Assembly: GCA_013331805.1 (NCBI GenBank)
Contig: DUFS01000080.1
Coordinates: 16,102 to 29,717 of the forward strand
Reading direction: 5' to 3'
Source: Candidatus Micrarchaeota archaeon
GTDB taxonomy: Archaea; Micrarchaeota; Micrarchaeia; Anstonellales; Anstonellaceae
Length of the DNA stretch: 13,616 bases
In this document: positions 1 through 7,180 of the stretch, piece after piece
How the letters are laid out: each line of letters begins with the position of its first letter
Numbering within the stretch: the stretch's first letter is position 1
Notes under the pieces: model-generated
What the model saw: the letters and a program-made list of their open reading frames with translations, nothing else
What the model was told of the DNA's origin: nothing
Databases searched by the model: none
Program-made: the position numbers and the translations under genes

Positions 1-57
1 ATCGAGGTTCCTGGATCGAAATATGAATATTATGAGATTGAGTGGACACAACCATAG
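1..57 (+). CDS. 3' end of an unidentified gene entering from the left edge (…IEVPGSKYEYYEIEWTQP*)
   Basis: Frame 1 is open from base 1 to TAG at 55-57, which directly abuts the stop of the convergent minus-strand gene (58-60). Only 18 codons are visible. Confidence 0.45.
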   Translation: MEVPGSKYEYYEIEWTQP

Positions 58-870
58 TCAGGCAGGGCCGATGAATGCGGAAGATTGCCCCATTTTTGCA
101 ATTCCCTTTACCCTGTCAGCATCCATTTCTATCCCATTGATCAGACACCTCTCGAAAGCTTCCCGAATGCCGAATTCTCTGAGGGCCTCTGAAAGTCTTT
201 CCCTGTCAATGGCACCCGGATTCACCATAGGCATTCCATATCCGTCTAGCGGATAAAGAGCGAATGAAATACTTTCCAGTGTGGCGCCCCGCATTTTGAA
301 AAATTCCCCCCTCCCACATTCCACAGCAACGAGTTCCCTGGCATTGCTTGCCTCCTCAATTGTGAGAACGCCGTTCTGCACCGCTACCGGCACATTAAGC
401 TTTCCTTCAACCCCCTTCCCTGTTGAGAGTACGAGCTCAAAAGGAGTGAGAATGCTCTCGCGATAGCCCCGTTCGAAAAGGGCCAGCTCCAATTCCTTCC
501 TAGCAAAGTTCCAGTCTTCCTTTGCCCTGCCTGCAATCTTGCCTTCAAGTTCCGTAAAAGCTGTTTCAAATATGCCTTTCCGAAACTCAAAAGTGGGGGT
601 TGCGTCATCCAATATTTTTTCAAGCAGGCAAGAAAGCGCCCGAAACTCGTTTTTAGCCCCGCCGTATTCGGTAGACTTGACTTCCAACTTTGATGCATCG
701 CGCCTGTTGCTAGTGGGCGCAACGTACCATATCGGCGCGCCTCTGCTTTCTTGCGGTATGCAGTTCAGGAATTTTTTCTGGATTTCATTGCCGTTGAGCC
801 TGTTTATTGTTTCTATTGTTATCCAGGCGTATTTTGCAACATGCGAACCCGGTTTTATCACGACAGCCAT
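58..870 (-). CDS. Hypothetical soluble protein (~270 aa), no recognised family
   Basis: Long ORF (track 58..879, GTG start). ATG at 870 is preferred because TTTAAA (894-899) lies 24 nt upstream, the same spacing as at other genes here. No signal peptide, TM segment or recognisable motif. Confidence 0.75.
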   Translation of the reverse strand: MAVVIKPGSHVAKYAWITIETINRLNGNEIQKKFLNCIPQESRGAPIWYVAPTSNRRDASKLEVKSTEYGGAKNEFRALSCLLEKILDDATPTFEFRKGIFETAFTELEGKIAGRAKEDWNFARKELELALFERGYRESILTPFELVLSTGKGVEGKLNVPVAVQNGVLTIEEASNARELVAVECGRGEFFKMRGATLESISFALYPLDGYGMPMVNPGAIDRERLSEALREFGIREAFERCLINGIEMDADRVKGIAKMGQSSAFIGPA

Positions 871-887
871 GGGTTTCACTGTGTATG

Positions 888-904
888 CAAGTGTTTAAAT
901 AAGC
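888..904 (-). promoter_or_regulatory. TATA-box promoter of the gene starting at 870 (probably leaderless)
   Basis: Minus strand reads CTTATTTAAACACTTG; the hexamer ends 24 nt before ATG 870; no SD motif is visible. Confidence 0.6.
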
Positions 905-936
905 AGAAGTAGCTGGAGCGCCACTTCGTTGCCATG

Positions 937-2865
937 TTATTGACTGCAAACCTGCTCTGCCGGCGGGCAGACCGGGTTTTGGCCCGGGCAATCTGTGCAG
1001 GCGAACTCCTCCTTCCAGGCGGAAATGGGGCCAAGGCAGCAGCAGCCGAACGACACCTGGTTCATTGTGATCGAAAGATAAGTGCTGTTTGATTCCGCAT
1101 ACCTGCAAGTGGTGAAGCATTGCTGCGCCTGAAGGGCGGCCATGGCAGCCTGCAGGTCCTGCTGTATCTTTGCATTGCAGACAGCATTGCTGTTCTGCCC
1201 CTGCGCATAATTGGTCAGGCCTATTGCGCTGCATTCAACCTGGCAGTTCGCCGGAACAGTATCGCATTCGTCCCCTATCCCGTCGCCATCCCGGTCTCCC
1301 TGGCCAGGATTGTAATTGGCAGGGCAATTGTCAACCGAGTTGCACACAAGATCTGCGTCATCGTCAGTGCATAGGCAAGCGCAGTTCTGGCTGCAGTAGT
1401 AACCCGCTGAGCAGAGGGCTTTGTCAGTGCCGTCGCACTGCTCGTTCCCTTCGCGCACATTATTTCCGCAGGACTGCTGCTGCTGCACTGCCTGGCACAA
1501 GCAGTTCATGTTGCAAGTCTGGTTCGATGAGCAGGCGGTCCTGTCGCTTCCGTCGCACTGCTCGTTGCCCTCCCGCACGTTGTTCCCGCACAAAGGCTGT
1601 TGCTGTGCCTGGCAAACGCAGTTTGCAGTGCACGTTTGGCTGGAGGTGCACACGCCCCTGTCATTCCCGTCGCACTCCTCAAGACCTTCCCTTACGCTAT
1701 TCCCGCAGATTGACTGCTGCTGGCTTGCGCCACTGCCCCAAACGCAGACGCAGTTGGCGCTGCACGCATAGCCTGCTGCGCAGCCAGCGTCATCCGCCCC
1801 GTCGCACTGTTCAGTCCCCTCGCGCATCCCGTTCCCGCACGCTGCCTGGGCGGCAGCATTCAGGCACAGGCAGTTTGCAGAGCAGGTCTGCGCTGCAGTG
1901 CACAAACCCCTATCCGCCCCGTCGCACTGTTCGTTCCCTTCCCTCGCCCCATTGCCGCAAACCCCGTGCGTCCCGTTGACGCAGGTGCAGCCCTGCCCGC
2001 AGATCTGGGTGCTGCTGCACCATGAATTGTCGATCCCGTCGCACTCCTCCACGGATTCCTTGATGTTGTTGCCGCAGGTGTGCGAAGTGACATCCTTCAG
2101 CATGCAGGTGCAGGTCTTCAGGTCGCATTTGTAATCCACGCCAAGGTAGTCGCAGTCGTCGCCGCACGAGGGCAGGGTGGTCCATATGAATTGGTTGATG
2201 CCAGTTGACTGCGCATACTGATGATTCAGCTTGCACGATACCGGCTCAGCTGCAGTATAGCATTTGCAGCTGCTGCAGTATTCCCCGCTCGGGCAGCTGT
2301 TGCCGGCAGGCTTTCCTTTGGTGCCAACGTCGCATTCCTCGCCGGAATCCAACAAACCGTTCCCGCACGAGGGCGCTGTTGCAGCCTGCGTTGGCTTCAC
2401 CTTGCAGGCGCAGGAATCGCAAATCTTGCCATCGTCGTTGCAATCGGTGTCTTTCTCACAGACTTCGCCAGTTTCCAATTTGCTGTTGCCGCAGACAGGC
2501 GTTGGTGTGCCATTTCCTTGGGGCTTTTTTTCCACGCACTTGCATTTGTCACAGGCTTTCCCAGACGCGCAGTCAGCCTCCTTTTCGCACTGTTCCAAAG
2601 TTTCGACCTTCCCGTTCCCGCAAACAGCGGGGGGCGTGCCAGCAGTCTCAGCGACCTTCAGCTTGCAAGTGCAAAACCTGCACTCGAGTGCCTCATCCTT
2701 GCAATCAGCGTTCTTTTCGCACATCTCGCCAGCATCCAATTTCCCGTCTCCGCAGGCAGGAGTGGCGCCTTGGGCTTCGCTAGGGGCGGGGCAGCCATAT
2801 AAAAACAGGAAAATAAGCAAAACTAACGTAGCGAACAGAACGCGGACAGAAAGGACCACTTCCAC
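937..2865 (-). CDS. Cys-rich repeat surface protein, probable lipoprotein (DUF4215/Myxococcus Cys-rich-like repeats plus thrombospondin type-3 Ca-binding repeat)
   Basis: Hydrophobic N-terminus ending LFLYGC (lipobox-like); ten CG(N/D)xxx(E/D)xxExC(D/E) repeats; TSP3-like DDDADLVCNSVDNCPANYNPGQGDRDGDGIGDECD; Cys-rich C-terminal domain. Alternative GTG start at 2859 behind GGGGGTG. Confidence 0.85.
   Translation of the reverse strand: MEVVLSVRVLFATLVLLIFLFLYGCPAPSEAQGATPACGDGKLDAGEMCEKNADCKDEALECRFCTCKLKVAETAGTPPAVCGNGKVETLEQCEKEADCASGKACDKCKCVEKKPQGNGTPTPVCGNSKLETGEVCEKDTDCNDDGKICDSCACKVKPTQAATAPSCGNGLLDSGEECDVGTKGKPAGNSCPSGEYCSSCKCYTAAEPVSCKLNHQYAQSTGINQFIWTTLPSCGDDCDYLGVDYKCDLKTCTCMLKDVTSHTCGNNIKESVEECDGIDNSWCSSTQICGQGCTCVNGTHGVCGNGAREGNEQCDGADRGLCTAAQTCSANCLCLNAAAQAACGNGMREGTEQCDGADDAGCAAGYACSANCVCVWGSGASQQQSICGNSVREGLEECDGNDRGVCTSSQTCTANCVCQAQQQPLCGNNVREGNEQCDGSDRTACSSNQTCNMNCLCQAVQQQQSCGNNVREGNEQCDGTDKALCSAGYYCSQNCACLCTDDDADLVCNSVDNCPANYNPGQGDRDGDGIGDECDTVPANCQVECSAIGLTNYAQGQNSNAVCNAKIQQDLQAAMAALQAQQCFTTCRYAESNSTYLSITMNQVSFGCCCLGPISAWKEEFACTDCPGQNPVCPPAEQVCSQ
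1370..2754 (-). repeat. Ten degenerate intragenic six-cysteine repeats (~30-38 aa plus linkers)
   Basis: Visible in the translation and at DNA level as recurring GTCGCACT(G/C) (=E/Q-C-D) in the six C-terminal copies. Confidence 0.85.
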
Positions 2866-2892
2866 ACCCCCACCAGCTTATTGTTGTGCAGC

Positions 2893-2907
2893 TTTTTATT
2901 ACTTTTT
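2893..2907 (-). promoter_or_regulatory. Putative BRE/TATA promoter of the Cys-rich gene
   Basis: Minus strand AAAAAGTAATAAAAAG in the 47-bp gap after the fbp stop, followed by GGTGGGGGTG (SD-like). Confidence 0.4.
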
Positions 2908-2912
2908 GGATG

Positions 2913-3833
2913 TCAGGCCAGCGCCACTTTCAATTTTTCAATCAAGTGCCTGTTGCCGATGTAGACCGGCGTCCTCGCATCCACATCTGCCGATGCAGCA
3001 TCCAGGAGCGATTCCTTACCAGACCAGGACTTCCCTCCTGCCTGCTCGATTATGAATGCCATAGGTGCGGCCTCATAAGTCAGCCGAAGCTTCCCGTTCG
3101 GGCTTTTCTTCGTGGACGGATAGGAAAAGATCCCGCCACGGTGCAGGATTTGCGAAAAGTCAGCAACAAATGTGCCGCAGTAGCGAACCTTCAGTTTTTC
3201 CTTCCTGAACAAATCCTTAGCGAATTTCAGGAACGCAGGGTCCCAGTCCAGCGGGTCGCCTCCGAGTCCGAATACTTCGCCAGGCTTGGGCATTCTCAAA
3301 TTTTCAGCCAGCAGATAGAATTGCGCATTGCCCTCGGAATCGTAGTGCTTGACAAATTCGTGCGTCCCTTTCCCGACAGTGTAAACGAAGGTATTCACAG
3401 GCCCGTAAAGCTTGTAGAATGCGGCAACCAGCTTCCTTCCGGTTTGGGGCAAATCCGTCCTGTAAACGCCCACAATCGAACCGAACGCATTGTTGGTGAC
3501 AATGTTGGAGGAGCCGTCCAGCGGGTCCATTGCAACCACAAAAGGCGCGTCTTCGTGGGCAATCAGCGGCTCCTTGAGTTCTTCAGAGTAAATCTTCCGC
3601 ACCAGCCCGGTTTTCACCAAATTGTCGCAAAGGTAGCCGTTCACATACTCGTCCAGCTTTGCTACCGCCTCGCCGTACTTGTTCTTGTCCCCCAGCGTTC
3701 CCCTCAGGTATTTCGGGAACTGGTGCTGCGCATCAAGCGCGATATAGGCAAAGGAAGAAATCAGGCGGGCAAGCTCTGGTTCCACCTTGGATTTTTTCAG
3801 GTGCTCCTGCAATGTAGCCGGCTGCTCCTCCAT
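2913..3833 (-). CDS. fbp: Fructose-1,6-bisphosphatase class I
   Basis: Signature motifs: NKYGE…LD, SEE, DPLDGSSN, RYCGTFVAD, GGIFSYP, GKLRLTYEAAPMAFIIEQAGG. Confidence 0.96.
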   Translation of the reverse strand: MEEQPATLQEHLKKSKVEPELARLISSFAYIALDAQHQFPKYLRGTLGDKNKYGEAVAKLDEYVNGYLCDNLVKTGLVRKIYSEELKEPLIAHEDAPFVVAMDPLDGSSNIVTNNAFGSIVGVYRTDLPQTGRKLVAAFYKLYGPVNTFVYTVGKGTHEFVKHYDSEGNAQFYLLAENLRMPKPGEVFGLGGDPLDWDPAFLKFAKDLFRKEKLKVRYCGTFVADFSQILHRGGIFSYPSTKKSPNGKLRLTYEAAPMAFIIEQAGGKSWSGKESLLDAASADVDARTPVYIGNRHLIEKLKVALA

Positions 3834-3846
3834 AATAAGACCATCT

Positions 3847-4608
3847 TTACCCGAAAATTATCTTCTTTATCTCCTCGGTTATCCTCATGGGATTGTCATT
3901 CTGCCAGACGTTCCTGCCCACTGCCAGGCCAGAGCCGCCCCCAGCCATAATATCCTTTACCTTCTGCAAGAACTCCGCGTCGGGCTGCTTGCTCCCGCCT
4001 GCCGATATCACCTTGCACCTGCCTGCTGAAGCAGCCACCCACTTCATTGCGTCAATCGAGCCAGGATAGTTGATTTTCACCACGTCGGCGCCAATCTCTA
4101 GCGCCACGCGTGCCGCATATGCCACCATTTCAGGGGATTTTTCGTCCTTGACGTATTTGCCCCTTGGGTAGGACCAGACCACGCAGGCAAGCCCGTAATC
4201 ATGGGCCTCCCGTTCAATTGCCCCGAATTCCTTGAACATCTGATATTCCATTGGCGAGCCCACGTAAATGGTGTAGCCGACCGCGTCAGCCCCCAAGTCA
4301 ACCGCCTCCTTCACGGTAGCGAGCTGGGGCGAGTAAGCCTCGTCCTTGGGCACTATTTCGGTCCTGCCGTTGAGTTTTAGGACCAGTGGCACCTTTCCTG
4401 AATAGTTCTCCTTGTAGTGCCTTGCCACGCCCTTCTGCAGCGCAAAGCCCGTAAAGCCTCCCCTGCTTGCTATGTCGCAAACGTACTCGGGATTGATGTT
4501 CTTCTGGTTGAAGTCCCTCGGGCCATGCTCCATCCCCTGGTCCATTGCGAGAATCAACACATGGCCGTTTCTCACAATCTTGTCAAAGTGGGATTCCTTT
4601 GCCTTCAT
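3847..4608 (-). CDS. fba: Fructose-bisphosphate aldolase class I, archaeal type (class IA, DhnA family)
   Basis: LAMDQGMEHGP, EAVDLGADAVGYTIYVGS, WSYPRG (catalytic Tyr), GADVVKINY (Schiff-base Lys), AGGSK, GLAVGRNVWQ. Start ATG 4608 is preceded by GGAGGTG (track start 4623 is a TTG overlapping the SD). A 13-bp gap to fbp suggests an operon. Confidence 0.93.
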   Translation of the reverse strand: MKAKESHFDKIVRNGHVLILAMDQGMEHGPRDFNQKNINPEYVCDIASRGGFTGFALQKGVARHYKENYSGKVPLVLKLNGRTEIVPKDEAYSPQLATVKEAVDLGADAVGYTIYVGSPMEYQMFKEFGAIEREAHDYGLACVVWSYPRGKYVKDEKSPEMVAYAARVALEIGADVVKINYPGSIDAMKWVAASAGRCKVISAGGSKQPDAEFLQKVKDIMAGGGSGLAVGRNVWQNDNPMRITEEIKKIIFG

Positions 4609-4645
4609 GAAAAGCACCTCCAATGAAAGGGAAAAGGGGCTTCAG

Positions 4646-4656
4646 AAATATAAAAC
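4646..4656 (-). promoter_or_regulatory. TATA box of the fba-fbp operon
   Basis: Minus strand GTTTTATATTTC; the predicted start near 4625 gives a short leader containing GGAGGTG. Confidence 0.6.
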
Positions 4657-4713
4657 GACGCCCCGGGCAACCGCTCTTCCCGGGCAGCATGTTTTTTCCC
4701 GTCGGGCGGTAGC

Positions 4714-4724
4714 TTTTTAAATTT
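4714..4724 (+). promoter_or_regulatory. TATA box of the PRC-barrel (-lemA-htpX) unit
   Basis: TTTTTAAATTT; the predicted start near 4745 gives a leader containing GAAGGTGA before ATG 4767. Confidence 0.6.
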
Positions 4725-4766
4725 GAACAGGAAACTTAGGATAACAAACTAAATGAAGGTGAGCTC

Positions 4767-5021
4767 ATGGTAAAAATAGTTATTGCAAAGCAGCTTGCGG
4801 GCAAGAAGATAATCACCAATGACGGGGAGGATCTGGGCAGGCTCATTGACCTTGAGGTTTCGGAAACCTCTGGGAAGATCGAGAACTTGCTTTTGGAGCC
4901 CAACCTGGACAACCCAACTTCGCGCAGGCTCAACAAGGAGGACGGCCTCCTGGTCATCCCGTACTCCTCGGTGCTTGCTGCTTCGGACCACATCATAGTT
5001 GACAAGAAGACCATCGGCTGA
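4767..5021 (+). CDS. Stand-alone PRC-barrel domain protein (CdpB-like)
   Basis: 84 aa with the PRC pattern L-x-GK-x-I-x-T-x-DG-x-x-LG-x-L-x-DL-x-V-x-x-x-SGKI-x-x-L…IPY-x-x-V-x-A-x-x-D-x-IIV; SD GAAGGTGA. Confidence 0.9.
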   Translation: MVKIVIAKQLAGKKIITNDGEDLGRLIDLEVSETSGKIENLLLEPNLDNPTSRRLNKEDGLLVIPYSSVLAASDHIIVDKKTIG

Positions 5022-5089
5022 AAAGCCCGGGTTCTTCCTTCATCTTTCCATTAATTTTTTCCATTCAGACAGCGTCGGGAGGTGTCAAT

Positions 5090-5650
5090 ATGGCATTTGA
5101 ACTGATTCTTCTGTGTGTGGGAGGACTTCTCATCGCGGCTGTCCTCTTTTTCGTTTTCGCCTACAACGGACTTATCACACTCCGGAACCGGATTGACAAC
5201 GCCTGGTCGCAAATAGACGTGCAGCTCAAGCTCCGCTACGACCTGGTGCCCAACCTGGTCGAGACCGTGAAGGGATATGCCAAGCACGAAAAGGAGCTGT
5301 TCACGGACGTCACCAAGGCCCGCGCGGCAACCGCCAAGGCCGATTCGATTTCCGAGAAGGCAAAGGCTGACAACATGCTTTCCAACACGCTCAAAAGCAT
5401 ACTTGCTGTTGCGGAAAACTACCCAGCCCTTCGCGCGAACGAGAACTTCAAGATGCTTCAGGAGGAGCTTTCCGGGATAGAGAACAAGATCGCCTACGCC
5501 AGGCAGTTCTACAACGACTCGGTGCTCTCCTACAACACCCAGATCGCGACCATACCGACCAACATCGTTGCCAACATGTTCGGATTCAAGGCAAGGGATT
5601 TCTTCAAGACCGAAGGCGCTGAAAGGGAGAACGTCAAGGTAAAGTTCTAA
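5090..5650 (+). CDS. lemA: LemA family membrane protein
   Basis: N-terminal TM followed by YNGLITLRNRIDNAWSQIDVQLKLRYDLVPNLVETVKGYA, AVAENYPALRANENF, ENKIAYARQFYNDSV; SD GGAGGTG. Confidence 0.96.
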   Translation: MAFELILLCVGGLLIAAVLFFVFAYNGLITLRNRIDNAWSQIDVQLKLRYDLVPNLVETVKGYAKHEKELFTDVTKARAATAKADSISEKAKADNMLSNTLKSILAVAENYPALRANENFKMLQEELSGIENKIAYARQFYNDSVLSYNTQIATIPTNIVANMFGFKARDFFKTEGAERENVKVKF

Positions 5651-5668
5651 CCCCCAAAAGCGCTTCCG

Positions 5669-6559
5669 ATGGTGTTGCTGTTGGTAAGCTTCTTTGACCA
5701 GATAGAGTCGAACAAGAGGAATTCCTACCTTCTCATGGCAGTGGTCCTCGCGCTCGTTTTCGCAGTTGTCTACGCATTCTCATACATTTTCCTGAACGGC
5801 GATCCGTTCGGCTTTGTATTAAGCGCAGTGCTGGCTGCTGCTTACATAATAATCTCTTATTACCTTTCGGACAGGATAGTGCTTTCGATATCGGGGGCGC
5901 GCGAGGCTGCGAAAGGCGAATATCCATATCTTATCAATGTGGTGGAGGGGCTTTCGATTGCAGCAGGCATACCAAAGCCAAAAATCTACATTATGGACGA
6001 CCCTGCCCTTAACGCCTTTGCGACAGGAACTTCGCCCGAAAAGGCATCGGTTGTTTTCACCACCGGGCTTCTCAATTCCATGAACCGCGCTGAGCTTGAG
6101 GGCGTGGCTGCGCACGAGATTTCACACATAAGGAACTACGATGTTAGGATGGCGACAATCGCAGTCGTCATGATCGGCCTGATCGCAATCCTTGCCGACC
6201 TGGGGATACGGCAGATGTTCTGGGGAAGGCGGGGAGGCGGAAGCAGGGACAAGGGCGGGGGGTACATGGTTCTTCTCGGCCTCATCATACTCATCCTTGC
6301 GCCAATAGCCGCCCAGCTGGTCCGCCTCGCGCTCTCGCGCCAGAGGGAGTACCTTGCAGACGCATCAGGCGCGCAGCTCACCCGCTACCCGCCGGGCCTG
6401 GCGTCTGCCCTTGAAAAAATCAAGAGCACGGGCGCGCAGGTGCAGCGCGCTACTGATGCCACCGCTTCCCTTTACATAGCCAACCCGCTTTCAGTGGGCC
6501 AGCTTTTTTCCACGCACCCGCCCATAGACGAAAGGATAAGGATGCTGCGCTCGATGTGA
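5669..6559 (+). CDS. htpX: Zinc metalloprotease HtpX (M48 family)
   Basis: NAFATG, ELEGVAAHEISH (HExxH), SRQREYLAD, LASALEKI, LFSTHPPIDERI and four TM segments; canonical lemA-htpX pair. The true start may be TTG 5681 behind GGTG. Confidence 0.96.
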   Translation: MVLLLVSFFDQIESNKRNSYLLMAVVLALVFAVVYAFSYIFLNGDPFGFVLSAVLAAAYIIISYYLSDRIVLSISGAREAAKGEYPYLINVVEGLSIAAGIPKPKIYIMDDPALNAFATGTSPEKASVVFTTGLLNSMNRAELEGVAAHEISHIRNYDVRMATIAVVMIGLIAILADLGIRQMFWGRRGGGSRDKGGGYMVLLGLIILILAPIAAQLVRLALSRQREYLADASGAQLTRYPPGLASALEKIKSTGAQVQRATDATASLYIANPLSVGQLFSTHPPIDERIRMLRSM

Positions 6560-6570
6560 CCTCTGCATTT

Positions 6571-7119
6571 TTAGAAGAAACTCTTGGAAGAGCGCCATTG
6601 GCTGACTTTCCTGTGGGCATCAACATGCTTCGGGCTCATCACCCCGGCGTACGATGCTACCTTGTGCTTGCCCGCAAGCGCCCTCCACTTGCGCATCAGG
6701 CCGAATCCCACATAGTACGAGCCGCCTATTGCTATGATCTTTATCGCCGCAGCCAGGGCGGAGGCGCCATAGGCGGCGGGCATCATGGTCGCAGTTGCCA
6801 CAAGCGAGGTGCCCAAGATCAGCTCCCTCACATGGTCCGAAACATGCGGGGCATGCTTTTCAATAATCTGGTTGACCTCTGATTTCGCCCCGGAAAGAAG
6901 CGAGTTTTTCTTTTCCTCGTGGACCGCAGGGCGGTCGCCATAGATTTTCTTGATCCTTTTGAGCTCCAGCCCGGTTTTCTCATAGTGCGAGTGCAGTTCA
7001 TCGAGCAGCTGGTTTGCCGACTCGTGGCTTCCGCAGGATTTCACCACCTCGCGGATCGCACCCTCATACGCGCTGACGTAATCAAAATTCCCCATGGTTT
7101 GCATGCTGCCTTCGGCCAT
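6571..7119 (-). CDS. Hypothetical membrane protein: helical N-domain, C-terminal hydrophobic hairpin, basic tail
   Basis: ORF 6571..7143 in the track; ATG 7119 is preferred because the TATA at 7150-7157 is too close to 7143. Hydrophobic stretch LILGTSLVATATMMPAAYGASALAAAIKIIAIGGSYYVGFGLM. It fills the gap between htpX and the next gene. Confidence 0.7.
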   Translation of the reverse strand: MAEGSMQTMGNFDYVSAYEGAIREVVKSCGSHESANQLLDELHSHYEKTGLELKRIKKIYGDRPAVHEEKKNSLLSGAKSEVNQIIEKHAPHVSDHVRELILGTSLVATATMMPAAYGASALAAAIKIIAIGGSYYVGFGLMRKWRALAGKHKVASYAGVMSPKHVDAHRKVSQWRSSKSFF

Positions 7120-7148
7120 ATCCGTCCCCAATGAATTTCGCATCGAAC

Positions 7149-7160
7149 TTTTTTATATGT
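7149..7160. promoter_or_regulatory. Shared TATA element between divergent genes (7119- / 7181+)
   Basis: TTTTTTATATGT; on + the hexamer TTTATA ends 24 nt before ATG 7181; on - it reads ATATAAAAAA. Confidence 0.55.
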
Positions 7161-7180
7161 TAACCGGCCAAAAGCCATCC

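Noticed and set aside
1370..2754. Regularly recurring GTCGCACTG-type motifs suggesting a CRISPR array
   Set aside because: The motifs are short, degenerate at third codon positions and in frame with Cys-repeat codons; there are no identical 23-47 nt repeats and no cas genes.
2886..3950. 354-aa plus-strand ORF, and other long overlapping ORFs (1170..1979, 2264..3055, 9227..9943, 11965..12522)
   Set aside because: These are antisense or off-frame shadows of well-supported genes in GC-rich DNA, with no recognisable motifs.
937..4608. Cys-rich surface gene as a functional member of the fba-fbp operon
   Set aside because: It is co-oriented, but the 47-bp gap contains its own BRE/TATA-like element and there is no functional link visible in the sequence.
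4625..4760. tRNA, riboswitch or Thermococcales-type TGM (TrmBL1) site in the longest intergenic region
   Set aside because: There is no cloverleaf or T-loop consensus and no TATCAC-N5-GTGATA; only a short GC stem, reported as a low-interest finding.
7094..7180. N-terminal extension of the 123-aa track ORF
   Set aside because: It overlaps the divergent gene start and the TATA element; ATG 7181 fits better.
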